Shown here piece after piece: positions 17,228 to 24,892 of a DNA stretch of 35,920 nt. A model generated the notes under the pieces. It was not told where the DNA came from, ran no database searches, and was given only the letters and a program-made list of their open reading frames with translations. Location: positions 1 to 35,920 of IMG/VR virus record IMGVR_UViG_3300020045_010541; one strand, 5' to 3'. Within the stretch, counting starts at the first letter, position 1. The number at the start of each line of letters is the position of its first letter. The DNA is from a virus (taxonomy: Duplodnaviria > Caudoviricetes). The translations under genes were made by a program, and so were the position numbers.

Positions 17228-18202
17228 TTAGTCTAAGTCGTTAGACTCAGTGCTAAGGATGTTTTCTTCAATGATGACCGGGATACCGTTCCAGCTTCCG
17301 ACCATTGTATTAACATCTGTGTTTGGGGTGTTGGTGTTATACAGGGTGCCTTTCAGATTCATCAGCGCTCTGCGTCCGTCCCGGTTGCAATACAGGAAAG
17401 TATAGCCGTCATTGCTGGCTCTCACCATGTCAAGTATTTGGTCAACCTGTGTGGCGGTTGGCAAGGTCTGTGTCTGCCCTGTGTAGTTACAAATAGAGTG
17501 CAGACGAGCCACACTAAACTTGCTTGCCATTTGCAGACTCATTACCATTTCCCACAGGTAGCCATAAACCGGCTTGGCTGCATTGGTGGTTGTGTTGGTA
17601 ACAGAATTGTAAACCCCGCCACCGCCAAGTGCCGTCATTTCAAGCATATTCATAATGCTCATATCCGGTATGACTATTTGGTTGACTTCCGGTTTCCAAT
17701 GCACGGCAAAGATTGTGTTTGTGTAACCAGTGGCACCGGCAACATTGATTTCATTGCCATAGGCTTTGGCTATTTCGTGCAGTCCGACAAATCCGGTGGT
17801 GTCCCCGAATGTGCCGTTTGTTCCGTAAACCAAAAGCTGTCCAGCTTTCTGCCCGAATGCTTCTGCGAAGGCTGGGGCTTTGCGATTGAAAAATGCACCC
17901 TTGCCACCGGGAGCATTGTCAACCAGGCGCTTGTCATATTCCTGCTCAGCAGTAAGTATCTTGAGGTCAAGCTGTGCAGTGCCTTCGATTGAGGTGGTGG
18001 GTGTGGTCGAGCCGTTAATGTTACGGATGCCGACTGTAGGCAATACCGTCACCTTGCTGTAAGTCTGTATCAGTCCTTTATCAGCAAAGCCGGTTTCTGC
18101 GGTGCGCAGGATTCCTGACTCTTTGGTTAGCGAGTCAATTATAGGCAGTTTGTTAGGGTTATCCCAACTTACTGCGTGTTGCTGTAATGTGTTGGTTGCC
18201 AT
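17228..18202 (-). CDS. Major capsid protein (BPP-1 Bbp17-like)
   Basis: LPTVGIRNINGS, DKRL, LVYG...F.GL, RLHSI, YCNR and WNGIPV...ILSTE patterns, GGAG RBS. Confidence 0.85.
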   Translation of the reverse strand: MATNTLQQHAVSWDNPNKLPIIDSLTKESGILRTAETGFADKGLIQTYSKVTVLPTVGIRNINGSTTPTTSIEGTAQLDLKILTAEQEYDKRLVDNAPGGKGAFFNRKAPAFAEAFGQKAGQLLVYGTNGTFGDTTGFVGLHEIAKAYGNEINVAGATGYTNTIFAVHWKPEVNQIVIPDMSIMNMLEMTALGGGGVYNSVTNTTTNAAKPVYGYLWEMVMSLQMASKFSVARLHSICNYTGQTQTLPTATQVDQILDMVRASNDGYTFLYCNRDGRRALMNLKGTLYNTNTPNTDVNTMVGSWNGIPVIIEENILSTESNDLD

Positions 18203-18214
18203 TGTTATATTCTC

Positions 18215-18760
18215 CTATTTGAATACAGGTTCAGCAGGTTTAGCGCCTTCTGGTCGTCTGCTTTTATCCGGCGGGGTGTCAGGTGCTTTCTCAATTTCAA
18301 AGTAGCCTGTTGACTGCAATAGTTCATAGGTGTCTAAGTTCTTTGCAGCTTCCTCAGGGGTCAGGTCTTTGCCATCGAGTTTGACAAACCGGTCTTTGAC
18401 CTTTTCAATCTTGTCAAAAGACTTGTGGGCTTTATCCACTTCAAAGGTCTTTGCGACTTTGTTCCATTTGGCGATAACCTCGTCTGATTGTTTTTTGAGC
18501 AGTGCGTCATAGGCACTTGCTTTCTTTTCAAGTTCCGGGTCGGGCTTGCTGGATTGCAGATTGGTTTCCAATTCCTCAACCTTTCCCTTCAATGTTTTGA
18601 TTTCCTCTTTTCTGCCTTTGCTTTCTGCATTAGCAGCAGATAAATCAGCGAATAGTGTGTCAGTTTCCCTGCTGGCATCTGCCAATAAAGAAACAAGTTC
18701 TGTGTCCGCATCTGCGGGGAGCTTTGACTTAATCTTAGTCAGTAAGTCCTTTAGTGCCAT
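18215..18760 (-). CDS. Capsid scaffolding protein
   Basis: Charged coiled coil (ANAESKGRKEEIK) with a Pro-rich tail, upstream of the capsid gene. Confidence 0.7.
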   Translation of the reverse strand: MALKDLLTKIKSKLPADADTELVSLLADASRETDTLFADLSAANAESKGRKEEIKTLKGKVEELETNLQSSKPDPELEKKASAYDALLKKQSDEVIAKWNKVAKTFEVDKAHKSFDKIEKVKDRFVKLDGKDLTPEEAAKNLDTYELLQSTGYFEIEKAPDTPPDKSRRPEGAKPAEPVFK

Positions 18761-18775
18761 CCTGCACCGTCCTTT

Positions 18776-19549
18776 TTATTGTTCTGCGGAATCTGTATTG
18801 ATTCCGTCTTTGTAATAATCTTCAGTAACCTGGATGAAGTTATGCCGACAGTTATATCTTGGCTCTGTCTCATTTTCATAAGCATTCTTTTCGTCATCAG
18901 TGAATAATCTTTGCGCAAGAGCAGCCCGGCACTCGTCTCTTGTCACGTTATCCAGCACCCCGATATATTCCCAATAGACAGCCCCGTCTGTATTCTTTGC
19001 TGCTTCATTATGGACTGCCTGGATAAACTGCTGACGGCTCGTATTGGCATAGGTCTTGGCATACTTCACAAGGTCTTTTTCAAGCAGCCCCGTAATGTCC
19101 TTTGTGGCTTGTCTGAGCGATTGCCCGGTCAATACTGCTGTGGTTAGCTGGTCTTGTAATACCGTCATCACCTCAGAGCCTATTTTCCCAAACCGGGTCA
19201 ATTCCATATTTTGCAAAGTTGACAGCGCCGTCAAAGAGGATTGTGCAAAGGTTAATGGAACGGCACCCGGCAAAGAGGATGTGTATTTTTTCAGCTCTGT
19301 GATAAGTTCCGGGTCTGCCATCAGCAATTCAGTATATGCCTTTTCATATCCGGCTGTGTTGAGCGCCGTCACTAAGTCATTAAACATCTCAATAGATAAT
19401 TGCAAATTGCCATCTTCAAACAGCAGATTACCGGACTGTGTTTTCAACCCGGCAAGCAAAGACTGTATTTCTGAAATCATAGCCTTGACTACTTTGTTAA
19501 GACTTTCCTCAAAGTCTGCAATGTGCTTATCTACTAAGTCATAAATCAT
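18776..19549 (-). CDS. Minor head morphogenesis protein (SPP1 gp7 / Mu F-like)
   Basis: YIGVLDNVTRDECR...RYNCRH motif, after the portal. Confidence 0.8.
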   Translation of the reverse strand: MIYDLVDKHIADFEESLNKVVKAMISEIQSLLAGLKTQSGNLLFEDGNLQLSIEMFNDLVTALNTAGYEKAYTELLMADPELITELKKYTSSLPGAVPLTFAQSSLTALSTLQNMELTRFGKIGSEVMTVLQDQLTTAVLTGQSLRQATKDITGLLEKDLVKYAKTYANTSRQQFIQAVHNEAAKNTDGAVYWEYIGVLDNVTRDECRAALAQRLFTDDEKNAYENETEPRYNCRHNFIQVTEDYYKDGINTDSAEQ

Positions 19550-20937
19550 GTTTCAACGTCCAAAGCCTGAGCCATTTGGTTAGTGATATTAAGTGCTGTC
19601 AGTTCTGCCTGTCTCTGTTGATACAGGATAATTGCTTCCTCTCTGGTTGTGATGTCAGGGTTATCTTCCATTATGAAGTCAATCACATTTGCCGTGCCAT
19701 TGGCTTTTTTGGTTGCTCTGATTTGCTCGACCTCTAATGGATTACTGTCAAACTTGACCTCTCCAAAGTCAACGGTAATCATTATGTCTTTAGGCATCTG
19801 ATAATCTGAATAAATGGTCAAGGTATCTGCTATGGTCTGGACAAGTTGCTTTATCGGCTCCCGGTACAGCTCCCGGTCAAGAATGTTTTTATTGAGTGCA
19901 TCCTGTTTTGACAATCTGAGTTGATACCCTGAATTAAAGGAAGTTGTGTTGCGATTGAACGCATCAGCAGATAAACCTTTCATCTTGGCGATGTTAGTGT
20001 TTTGGTCGTTCATTATCTGCCATATTTCAGTAATCATCGGGCTGGGTGTTATGTATTTAGCATCACCTGAAGGCTTGCCGTCAAACGTGCCGGGAAAGTT
20101 CAAAAAGTATTGTGGTGAGAATGGGATTGTTTTATCCTCAGGCAGTCCGTTAGTTACAAGCAGACTAAATGCTTGAAAGTCCTTTATGAGGTTTAAGTTG
20201 GTAAGGTCTAAATCCCCCTGCTCATTTGCTTCCACAACCGGATTGCCTTTATCAAACCAAAAACTGTCAAGCTCCACATCGGAACTAAACCAGGTGATTG
20301 GGATATAGCCGTATGGGTTTGGCTTTTTGTCATAGTCAACCTTGCCGGGCAGGAACGCACCATTCTTGACGTTAATATCACACTTTGCATAATACTCTTT
20401 TGTCCAGTGCATGAATGTGCAAACCTTGTCAACCTGGTGGGGGCTGTCAACCGCTATGCCTATGGAATAATAAACATCAGTGGCTTGTGTGCAGTCATCC
20501 GGGTTTTGTTCTACCCATACCCTGTCACCTGTCAGGATGTCATAGACTATCTTGCCGTCAACATAGCGAGGTAATATCCCGACCTTGAAAGTCAGGTTTG
20601 TGAGCCGGTTTAATGTGAGCAGATACTTGTTTATTTGTGACTTATCAATAGCAGTTTTCAATAGTTCGTTTTGTGTTTCAGATAATCCGTCAAACTTCAA
20701 TACGCAAGGCTGTGTGAATAGCAAAGATGTGTCATTGGTGATTGTCTCAGTAAGCGGATAAGTGCCGATGTATTTGTAAAGGTCTTGATAGATTTTAGGG
20801 TATTTCTCTTTAATCTCTGCCTTGATATAATCTTCTTGCCGGTTGTAATAGAAGTCAAGATATTCTGCTGTCTCGCTCATGCGGTGCAGTTCTGATTCCC
20901 ATTTGGCTGTCTGTTTGGCAATTTCTACGGATGTCAT
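19546..20937 (-). CDS. Portal protein (SPP1 gp6-like)
   Basis: 463 aa after the terminase, with NPYGYIP, AKYITP and SGYQLR motifs. Confidence 0.85.
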   Translation of the reverse strand: MTSVEIAKQTAKWESELHRMSETAEYLDFYYNRQEDYIKAEIKEKYPKIYQDLYKYIGTYPLTETITNDTSLLFTQPCVLKFDGLSETQNELLKTAIDKSQINKYLLTLNRLTNLTFKVGILPRYVDGKIVYDILTGDRVWVEQNPDDCTQATDVYYSIGIAVDSPHQVDKVCTFMHWTKEYYAKCDINVKNGAFLPGKVDYDKKPNPYGYIPITWFSSDVELDSFWFDKGNPVVEANEQGDLDLTNLNLIKDFQAFSLLVTNGLPEDKTIPFSPQYFLNFPGTFDGKPSGDAKYITPSPMITEIWQIMNDQNTNIAKMKGLSADAFNRNTTSFNSGYQLRLSKQDALNKNILDRELYREPIKQLVQTIADTLTIYSDYQMPKDIMITVDFGEVKFDSNPLEVEQIRATKKANGTANVIDFIMEDNPDITTREEAIILYQQRQAELTALNITNQMAQALDVET

Positions 20938-21030
20938 GCTTTATCCTGCTTGCTGTTCCCATCCGGGAAATGATGCCCATTCTGGACGTGCCTTGTGAAG
21001 TTCATCACTTCACTTATCAAATCTGGTTAC

Positions 21031-21060
21031 ATTGAAAACCAATATGCTAAAGTTTGTCAA
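21031..21060 (-). promoter_or_regulatory. Candidate promoter upstream of the portal gene
   Basis: TTGACA at 21060-21055 followed by AACTTTAGCATATTGGTTTTCAAT. The -10 element is non-canonical. Confidence 0.45.
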
Positions 21061-21067
21061 GTAATTT

Positions 21068-22684
21068 TTATACAGAGCCGTAAATCTGTCCGTATCTATG
21101 AGCCATCTTATACTGGATTGTCGCATAACCAAAGGCATCTGATATATGGGTAAGCGACATATTGCTCTTATCCAGTTCTCCATATTGGTCGGTTACACAT
21201 TGCTCAAAATCATTTATCAGATGCACACACTTTGGGTCAATCAGTATTTCTTTATGAAACAAAGCACCATTGACTATGTTCAGTCTATCCCGGACACGGA
21301 TATTTGATGTTCCCTTTGTTTTGAATCCTGCTCTTTGGAGTAACTGAATATCCGTCTGCTCTGCTGATGTTTTCCGGGAGCCGCCCGTCATGTCAGGACA
21401 GACAAGGATTTCGTTGTCAGGGTATTTGGCTCGTATTGCTTCAATCATCATCCGGGTGTTTGCATTGCTCATATAAAACTCATCAAATACGTGTAGTATA
21501 TTCCCGTCATAACTCATTAGAACGCTTGTCATTGGAGATATATTGAAGTCCATCCCTATAATGATTGTAGCCGGTAGAGGTTGTTTATATTCCCGGATAT
21601 GTGTGCCCCGGATAAACGAATAATAGGCAGCCTGGTTGTTGATATTTACGAATTGCCCATTGATGTATTGCTCTACGAGTTTGGCATCGTACTGAGCATA
21701 TAGGCTGTCTATGTAATCCTGTGGCAGGTACCAGTTGTCAGTGGTCTTTGCCTGTATCAGTTTGCCCTTTTTCTGATTAACAAACAAGTCATGAGTATAG
21801 CGAAAGCCTTCCGGGGTGGTGGTGATTGAGCAAGTAGCATCTGCACAGCCGGAAGTTCTGGCAATCATCTTTTCCCATACCTCTTTTGCAAGGTCTGTTT
21901 TCAATAAATCGAACTCATCCAGGATAAAGTCAGTTATCTCAAAACCGATAAGACGGTCAGGGTCTTCCAATGGTCTGAATATGATTTCACCTTTGTAGTC
22001 AGCAGTCAGGACTTCAATCCGGTATTCCTGTTTGTGATACTGATAGACAATGCCGAGTTCGTCAAAGACCTGTTTGAATTTGGGGATATTGATGTCACGC
22101 AAAAGTGGATATGTTGGCGCTCCGATAAACATTCTGCACTTGCCTTGCCGTTCCTGCGCTTTGACCAGATACTTGTAAACAGATGAGTGTGTTTTGCCGG
22201 AACGATAGCCACCGACCAGGGCGGTGTTCTTTGACCTGCTAAATATAAAAGAGTGTTGGTGTTGCATACAATTTGATAGTGATGTAAGCACTTGTGATGA
22301 TGTTGTCTCCACTGTGTTCTGTGGGTTTTCAGAAAGTCCACAAAATGCTTTTAATAAAAATATAAGCAGTGTTGGATTTCCTTTCTTTGCTAATTCTACT
22401 GCCTGTTCAAACGCAACATATTTTAAGTAGTCAGACCCCTCAGTCTTTTTTTGTTGCTTAACTTCAGTAAAATCAGAACATTCGTATTTTTCACAGCATA
22501 GTTTTGAAAGTGTGTCATAAGAGATTTTAAGTTGTCTTCTGATTTCCTGCCCAGAGCCTTGTGCTTTGAGTTGGTTTTCAACATATTCCCATTGCTCATC
22601 TGATAGGGTTATGGCTTTCCGCCCGGCTCCTGTTGGGTTGGTTTTGGTCTTTTTGTTTGGGTGCTTTGCCGGAGGTTTAGTCAC
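21068..22684 (-). CDS. terL: Terminase: TerS-like N-terminal region fused to large subunit ATPase/nuclease
   Basis: Walker A VGGYRSGKT, Walker B FILDE, TTTPEG, nuclease IGMDFN and HISDAFGY. The first ~125 aa resemble a small terminase. Confidence 0.88.
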   Translation of the reverse strand: MTKPPAKHPNKKTKTNPTGAGRKAITLSDEQWEYVENQLKAQGSGQEIRRQLKISYDTLSKLCCEKYECSDFTEVKQQKKTEGSDYLKYVAFEQAVELAKKGNPTLLIFLLKAFCGLSENPQNTVETTSSQVLTSLSNCMQHQHSFIFSRSKNTALVGGYRSGKTHSSVYKYLVKAQERQGKCRMFIGAPTYPLLRDINIPKFKQVFDELGIVYQYHKQEYRIEVLTADYKGEIIFRPLEDPDRLIGFEITDFILDEFDLLKTDLAKEVWEKMIARTSGCADATCSITTTPEGFRYTHDLFVNQKKGKLIQAKTTDNWYLPQDYIDSLYAQYDAKLVEQYINGQFVNINNQAAYYSFIRGTHIREYKQPLPATIIIGMDFNISPMTSVLMSYDGNILHVFDEFYMSNANTRMMIEAIRAKYPDNEILVCPDMTGGSRKTSAEQTDIQLLQRAGFKTKGTSNIRVRDRLNIVNGALFHKEILIDPKCVHLINDFEQCVTDQYGELDKSNMSLTHISDAFGYATIQYKMAHRYGQIYGSV

Positions 22685-22688
22685 TGTT

Positions 22689-22829
22689 CTATTTCCTCAT
22701 TTCCACGAGTATGGCTTTCAGCAAGTCACGGATTTCGTTGACCCGGAAAGGCAGTATAATCCAGGATATGAGCAGGATGATGCCTAAGATGAGAGCGATG
22801 CCGGAGAGGATGATGACGAGGGCTGTCAT
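22689..22829 (-). CDS. 46-aa single-TM membrane protein (not in ORF track)
   Basis: MTALVIILSGIALILGIILLISWIILPFRVNEIRDLLKAILVEMRK*, contiguous with neighbours. Confidence 0.6.
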   Translation of the reverse strand: MTALVIILSGIALILGIILLISWIILPFRVNEIRDLLKAILVEMRK

Positions 22830-22830
22830 T

Positions 22831-22965
22831 TTATGCAGTTCTCTTAATGATTTTATCTAATATCGGCTGTATGTGTTTTAGAATTGCTAACTTTAAGTTA
22901 TTTACCGCTTTGCTCATTTCGCTTATAGCTTCATAGCTTGTTTGAGTGATGTCTTTATTTTTCAT
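22831..22965 (-). CDS. 44-aa hypothetical protein (not in ORF track)
   Basis: GGAG RBS, MKNKDITQTSYEAISEMSKAVNNLKLAILKHIQPILDKIIKRTA*. Confidence 0.55.
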   Translation of the reverse strand: MKNKDITQTSYEAISEMSKAVNNLKLAILKHIQPILDKIIKRTA

Positions 22966-23082
22966 GGTCAATCTCCAGAATTGGCACTTTTAAGCCCTCG
23001 TTTTGTCTCAGGATAGGAAAGTATAGCAACCTTTCCAAAAAGTGTCTGAGAAATGATTTTTAATTGGTTATTCACGAAATCC

Positions 23083-23250
23083 TCAGCTATTCATCATTGT
23101 CTGTTCCGGGTACGGCTTCGTTTTCACAAACCCAGGGCAGGTGTATGGGACTGATGTTCCGACCCTGTGGCACTCGTTACAAGTCCTGCCACAAAACTGG
23201 CAAGTCTCTTTAGCGTCAATCTGTCTTTGGTTAGCTGGTGTTGGTTTCAT
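23083..23250 (-). CDS. Small Cys-rich protein
   Basis: AAGGA RBS before MKPTPAN, CQFC/CNEC/CPGF motifs. Confidence 0.55.
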   Translation of the reverse strand: MKPTPANQRQIDAKETCQFCGRTCNECHRVGTSVPYTCPGFVKTKPYPEQTMMNS

Positions 23251-23405
23251 TTGCTGTCCTTGAGTAAAATTCCACAAACATGGCATCTGGTTGTTTGCGT
23301 TGTTTCACAGTAAGAAGTCAATCCATAGTGTTTATACCCTAAAAAGCAGAAAAATATCCATTTCAACGGATTGAATTGTTTGCACTTATAACATCTTTTT
23401 GTCAT
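23247..23405 (-). CDS. 52-aa zinc-finger protein (not in ORF track)
   Basis: MTKRCYKC...RCHVCG, ATGA overlap with the next gene. Confidence 0.55.
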   Translation of the reverse strand: MTKRCYKCKQFNPLKWIFFCFLGYKHYGLTSYCETTQTTRCHVCGILLKDSK

Positions 23406-23407
23406 AA

Positions 23408-23578
23408 TCAATCCAATGAGTCAAAAACTATCAATCCGGGTTTTGGTGAATAAACATCCTGAATGTCTCCGCATTTCCAGATTTGCCCTGTTTCTGTGGT
23501 GCAGCGGATATTGATGGTAATTTCAGCATCAGGCTGGTCAAGTTTTGTTAGTTTGTCTATCAGGTCTTTGGTCGTCAT
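23408..23578 (-). CDS. 56-aa hypothetical protein (not in ORF track)
   Basis: GAGGTG RBS at 23587-23582, MTTKDLIDKLTKLDQPDAEI phage-type N-terminus. Confidence 0.65.
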   Translation of the reverse strand: MTTKDLIDKLTKLDQPDAEITINIRCTTETGQIWKCGDIQDVYSPKPGLIVFDSLD

Positions 23579-23598
23579 AATCACCTCTTGTTAAGTTT

Positions 23599-24075
23599 GG
23601 GGTGGGAGAAGGAGCTAACCCACCCCGTCTGGAGTCCGATGAAGCCCGGTTGATTCCCGGTAAAAATAAAAAAGAGTGATGAGCAGGTTTCGGTCAAGCC
23701 AGCCTTCAGTATCCTTTCGGACTTAACACCCACAACAGCCGGAGGATTAAAAGTGACGGTCAAGATTCGCCAAGATTCCCGTGAGGGTTTTATCCACCTC
23801 TACCTGCTCAACTGGGATGGTATTGAAGATAAAAACAATGACAGGCGGAGGCTATGCTTGGTAGTGACCAGCGTTCATAGCCTGGTAACTTGTAACCTAA
23901 ATAGCGTGTATCGATATAGTTTCGTTAAGGAGACTGGAATGAAGTCATCACAATGACAATAGACTAAAAAGGGATAAGTATGGTTTGTGATGAAAGCCGC
24001 CTGTCGCTCCCGACCTCAGCCAGAGCCAAACACTCTATACATTGAGATATGCTGAAACCAATGTGGTCAGAGCGT
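23599..24075 (-). ncRNA. Candidate multi-domain structured non-coding RNA(s)
   Basis: Several perfect 8-9 bp helices closing 120-165 nt domains, internal hairpins, a possible pseudoknot and no credible ORF. Strand inferred from operon direction and G-U pairs. Confidence 0.55.
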
Positions 24076-24084
24076 ATTTTTTTG

Positions 24085-24291
24085 TCAAGTGTTTTTGTCA
24101 GATATTGCAATAACCTCTTTCAACAGCTCTTCCCAGTCTGTTCTTTGTGGGCTTGACCATTGACATTCAGGGCATTCCCAAACATACACATTGCCTTTGA
24201 TGGCTATTCCGCCAGATCTGAGCCAGTCATAGATGTTTGCTATGCACTTGGCAGGGTGGTTAATTTCGTGTTTGCATACAGGGCATTTCAT
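24085..24291 (-). CDS. Zinc-ribbon protein, first gene of the leftward arm
   Basis: GAGGTG RBS, MKCPVC...WECPEC. Confidence 0.7.
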   Translation of the reverse strand: MKCPVCKHEINHPAKCIANIYDWLRSGGIAIKGNVYVWECPECQWSSPQRTDWEELLKEVIAISDKNT

Positions 24292-24529
24292 AATTCACCT
24301 CTTTGGTTTTATTCGTGTCTAAAGATTTATGCAGGAATTGGTGATGGTCAAGTATAGGAATTTGCCAAACTATTTTGAACCCCCCCCGAAACGCAAAGCG
24401 TGTTTTCGCAGAAAACCGCATAACCTGTCTTTTTTTATTATTATTTTTCTTGACAGATTTTCGCTATGTGGTTTCTTTGGTTTTGTAAGATGTAAATCCT
24501 GACAATGCAGGTATTCAAAAGAGGTAAAT
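24292..24529. promoter_or_regulatory. Divergent control region
   Basis: Intergenic gap between the two arms with TTGACA at 24450-24455 (+) preceded by a T-rich tract, and TTGACC at 24351-24346 (-). Confidence 0.6.
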
Positions 24530-24733
24530 ATGCAAGGCACTAAACTAATGCTAACTGATGCCGAAGCTAAGCAATTCAAAGACAAGCTTAGGGAAACCAA
24601 TATAACAATGCGGGATTTTTGCAAGTCGATGAAGTTTGACTATGCCCACTTTACCGCATGGCTGTATTTTGGAAACTATCAGCATAAGTCTGCTGACTAC
24701 AGGAAGGCTATTAAAACAAAACTGGGGGTCTGA
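24530..24733 (+). CDS. Cro/XRE-like HTH regulator
   Basis: LRETNITMRDFCKSMKFDYAHFTAWL helix-turn-helix pattern, GAGG RBS, first rightward gene. Confidence 0.6.
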   Translation: MQGTKLMLTDAEAKQFKDKLRETNITMRDFCKSMKFDYAHFTAWLYFGNYQHKSADYRKAIKTKLGV

Positions 24734-24749
24734 TGAAAACCCCTACACA

Positions 24750-24880
24750 CAAATTTGCGATTGCAAATCGCTATCAATGTCATGTTGTTTTATCTTCTGT
24801 TGTCTCATGTCATGTTATGTCATGTTATATAGCCGTTTTTTGTAACAAATCTATTACAAGTTTATTACAAATTTGTAAAG
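24750..24880. repeat. Short-repeat cluster, candidate replication origin
   Basis: ATTTGC/GCAAAT inverted repeat, (ATGTC/ATGTT)n pentamer run and four TTGTAA/TTACAA motifs upstream of the initiator gene. Confidence 0.55.
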
Positions 24881-24892
24881 GGATGGACTGAC

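Noticed and set aside
2665-22787. Many plus-strand ORFs within the structural arm
   Set aside because: They are antisense shadows of well-supported minus-strand genes.
23680-23810. Hammerhead ribozyme on the minus strand (GUA...CUGAAG...GAAAC around the closing stem)
   Set aside because: The core reads CUGAAGG rather than CUGANGA, stem II is poor and stem I does not adjoin the core. Kept only as an unclassified structure.
23581-23956. ORFs 23581-23763 (-) and 23753-23956 (+)
   Set aside because: Non-ATG starts, no recognisable motifs, and they overlap extensive helices. The plus ORF also opposes the local transcription direction.
23599-24075. tRNA genes or a lysine riboswitch in the non-coding region
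   Set aside because: No T-loop GTTCRA or cloverleaf, and only a short AGAGG resemblance to the lysine riboswitch.
24777-24835. CRISPR-like array
   Set aside because: Only pentamer microrepeats are present, with no repeat-spacer periodicity.
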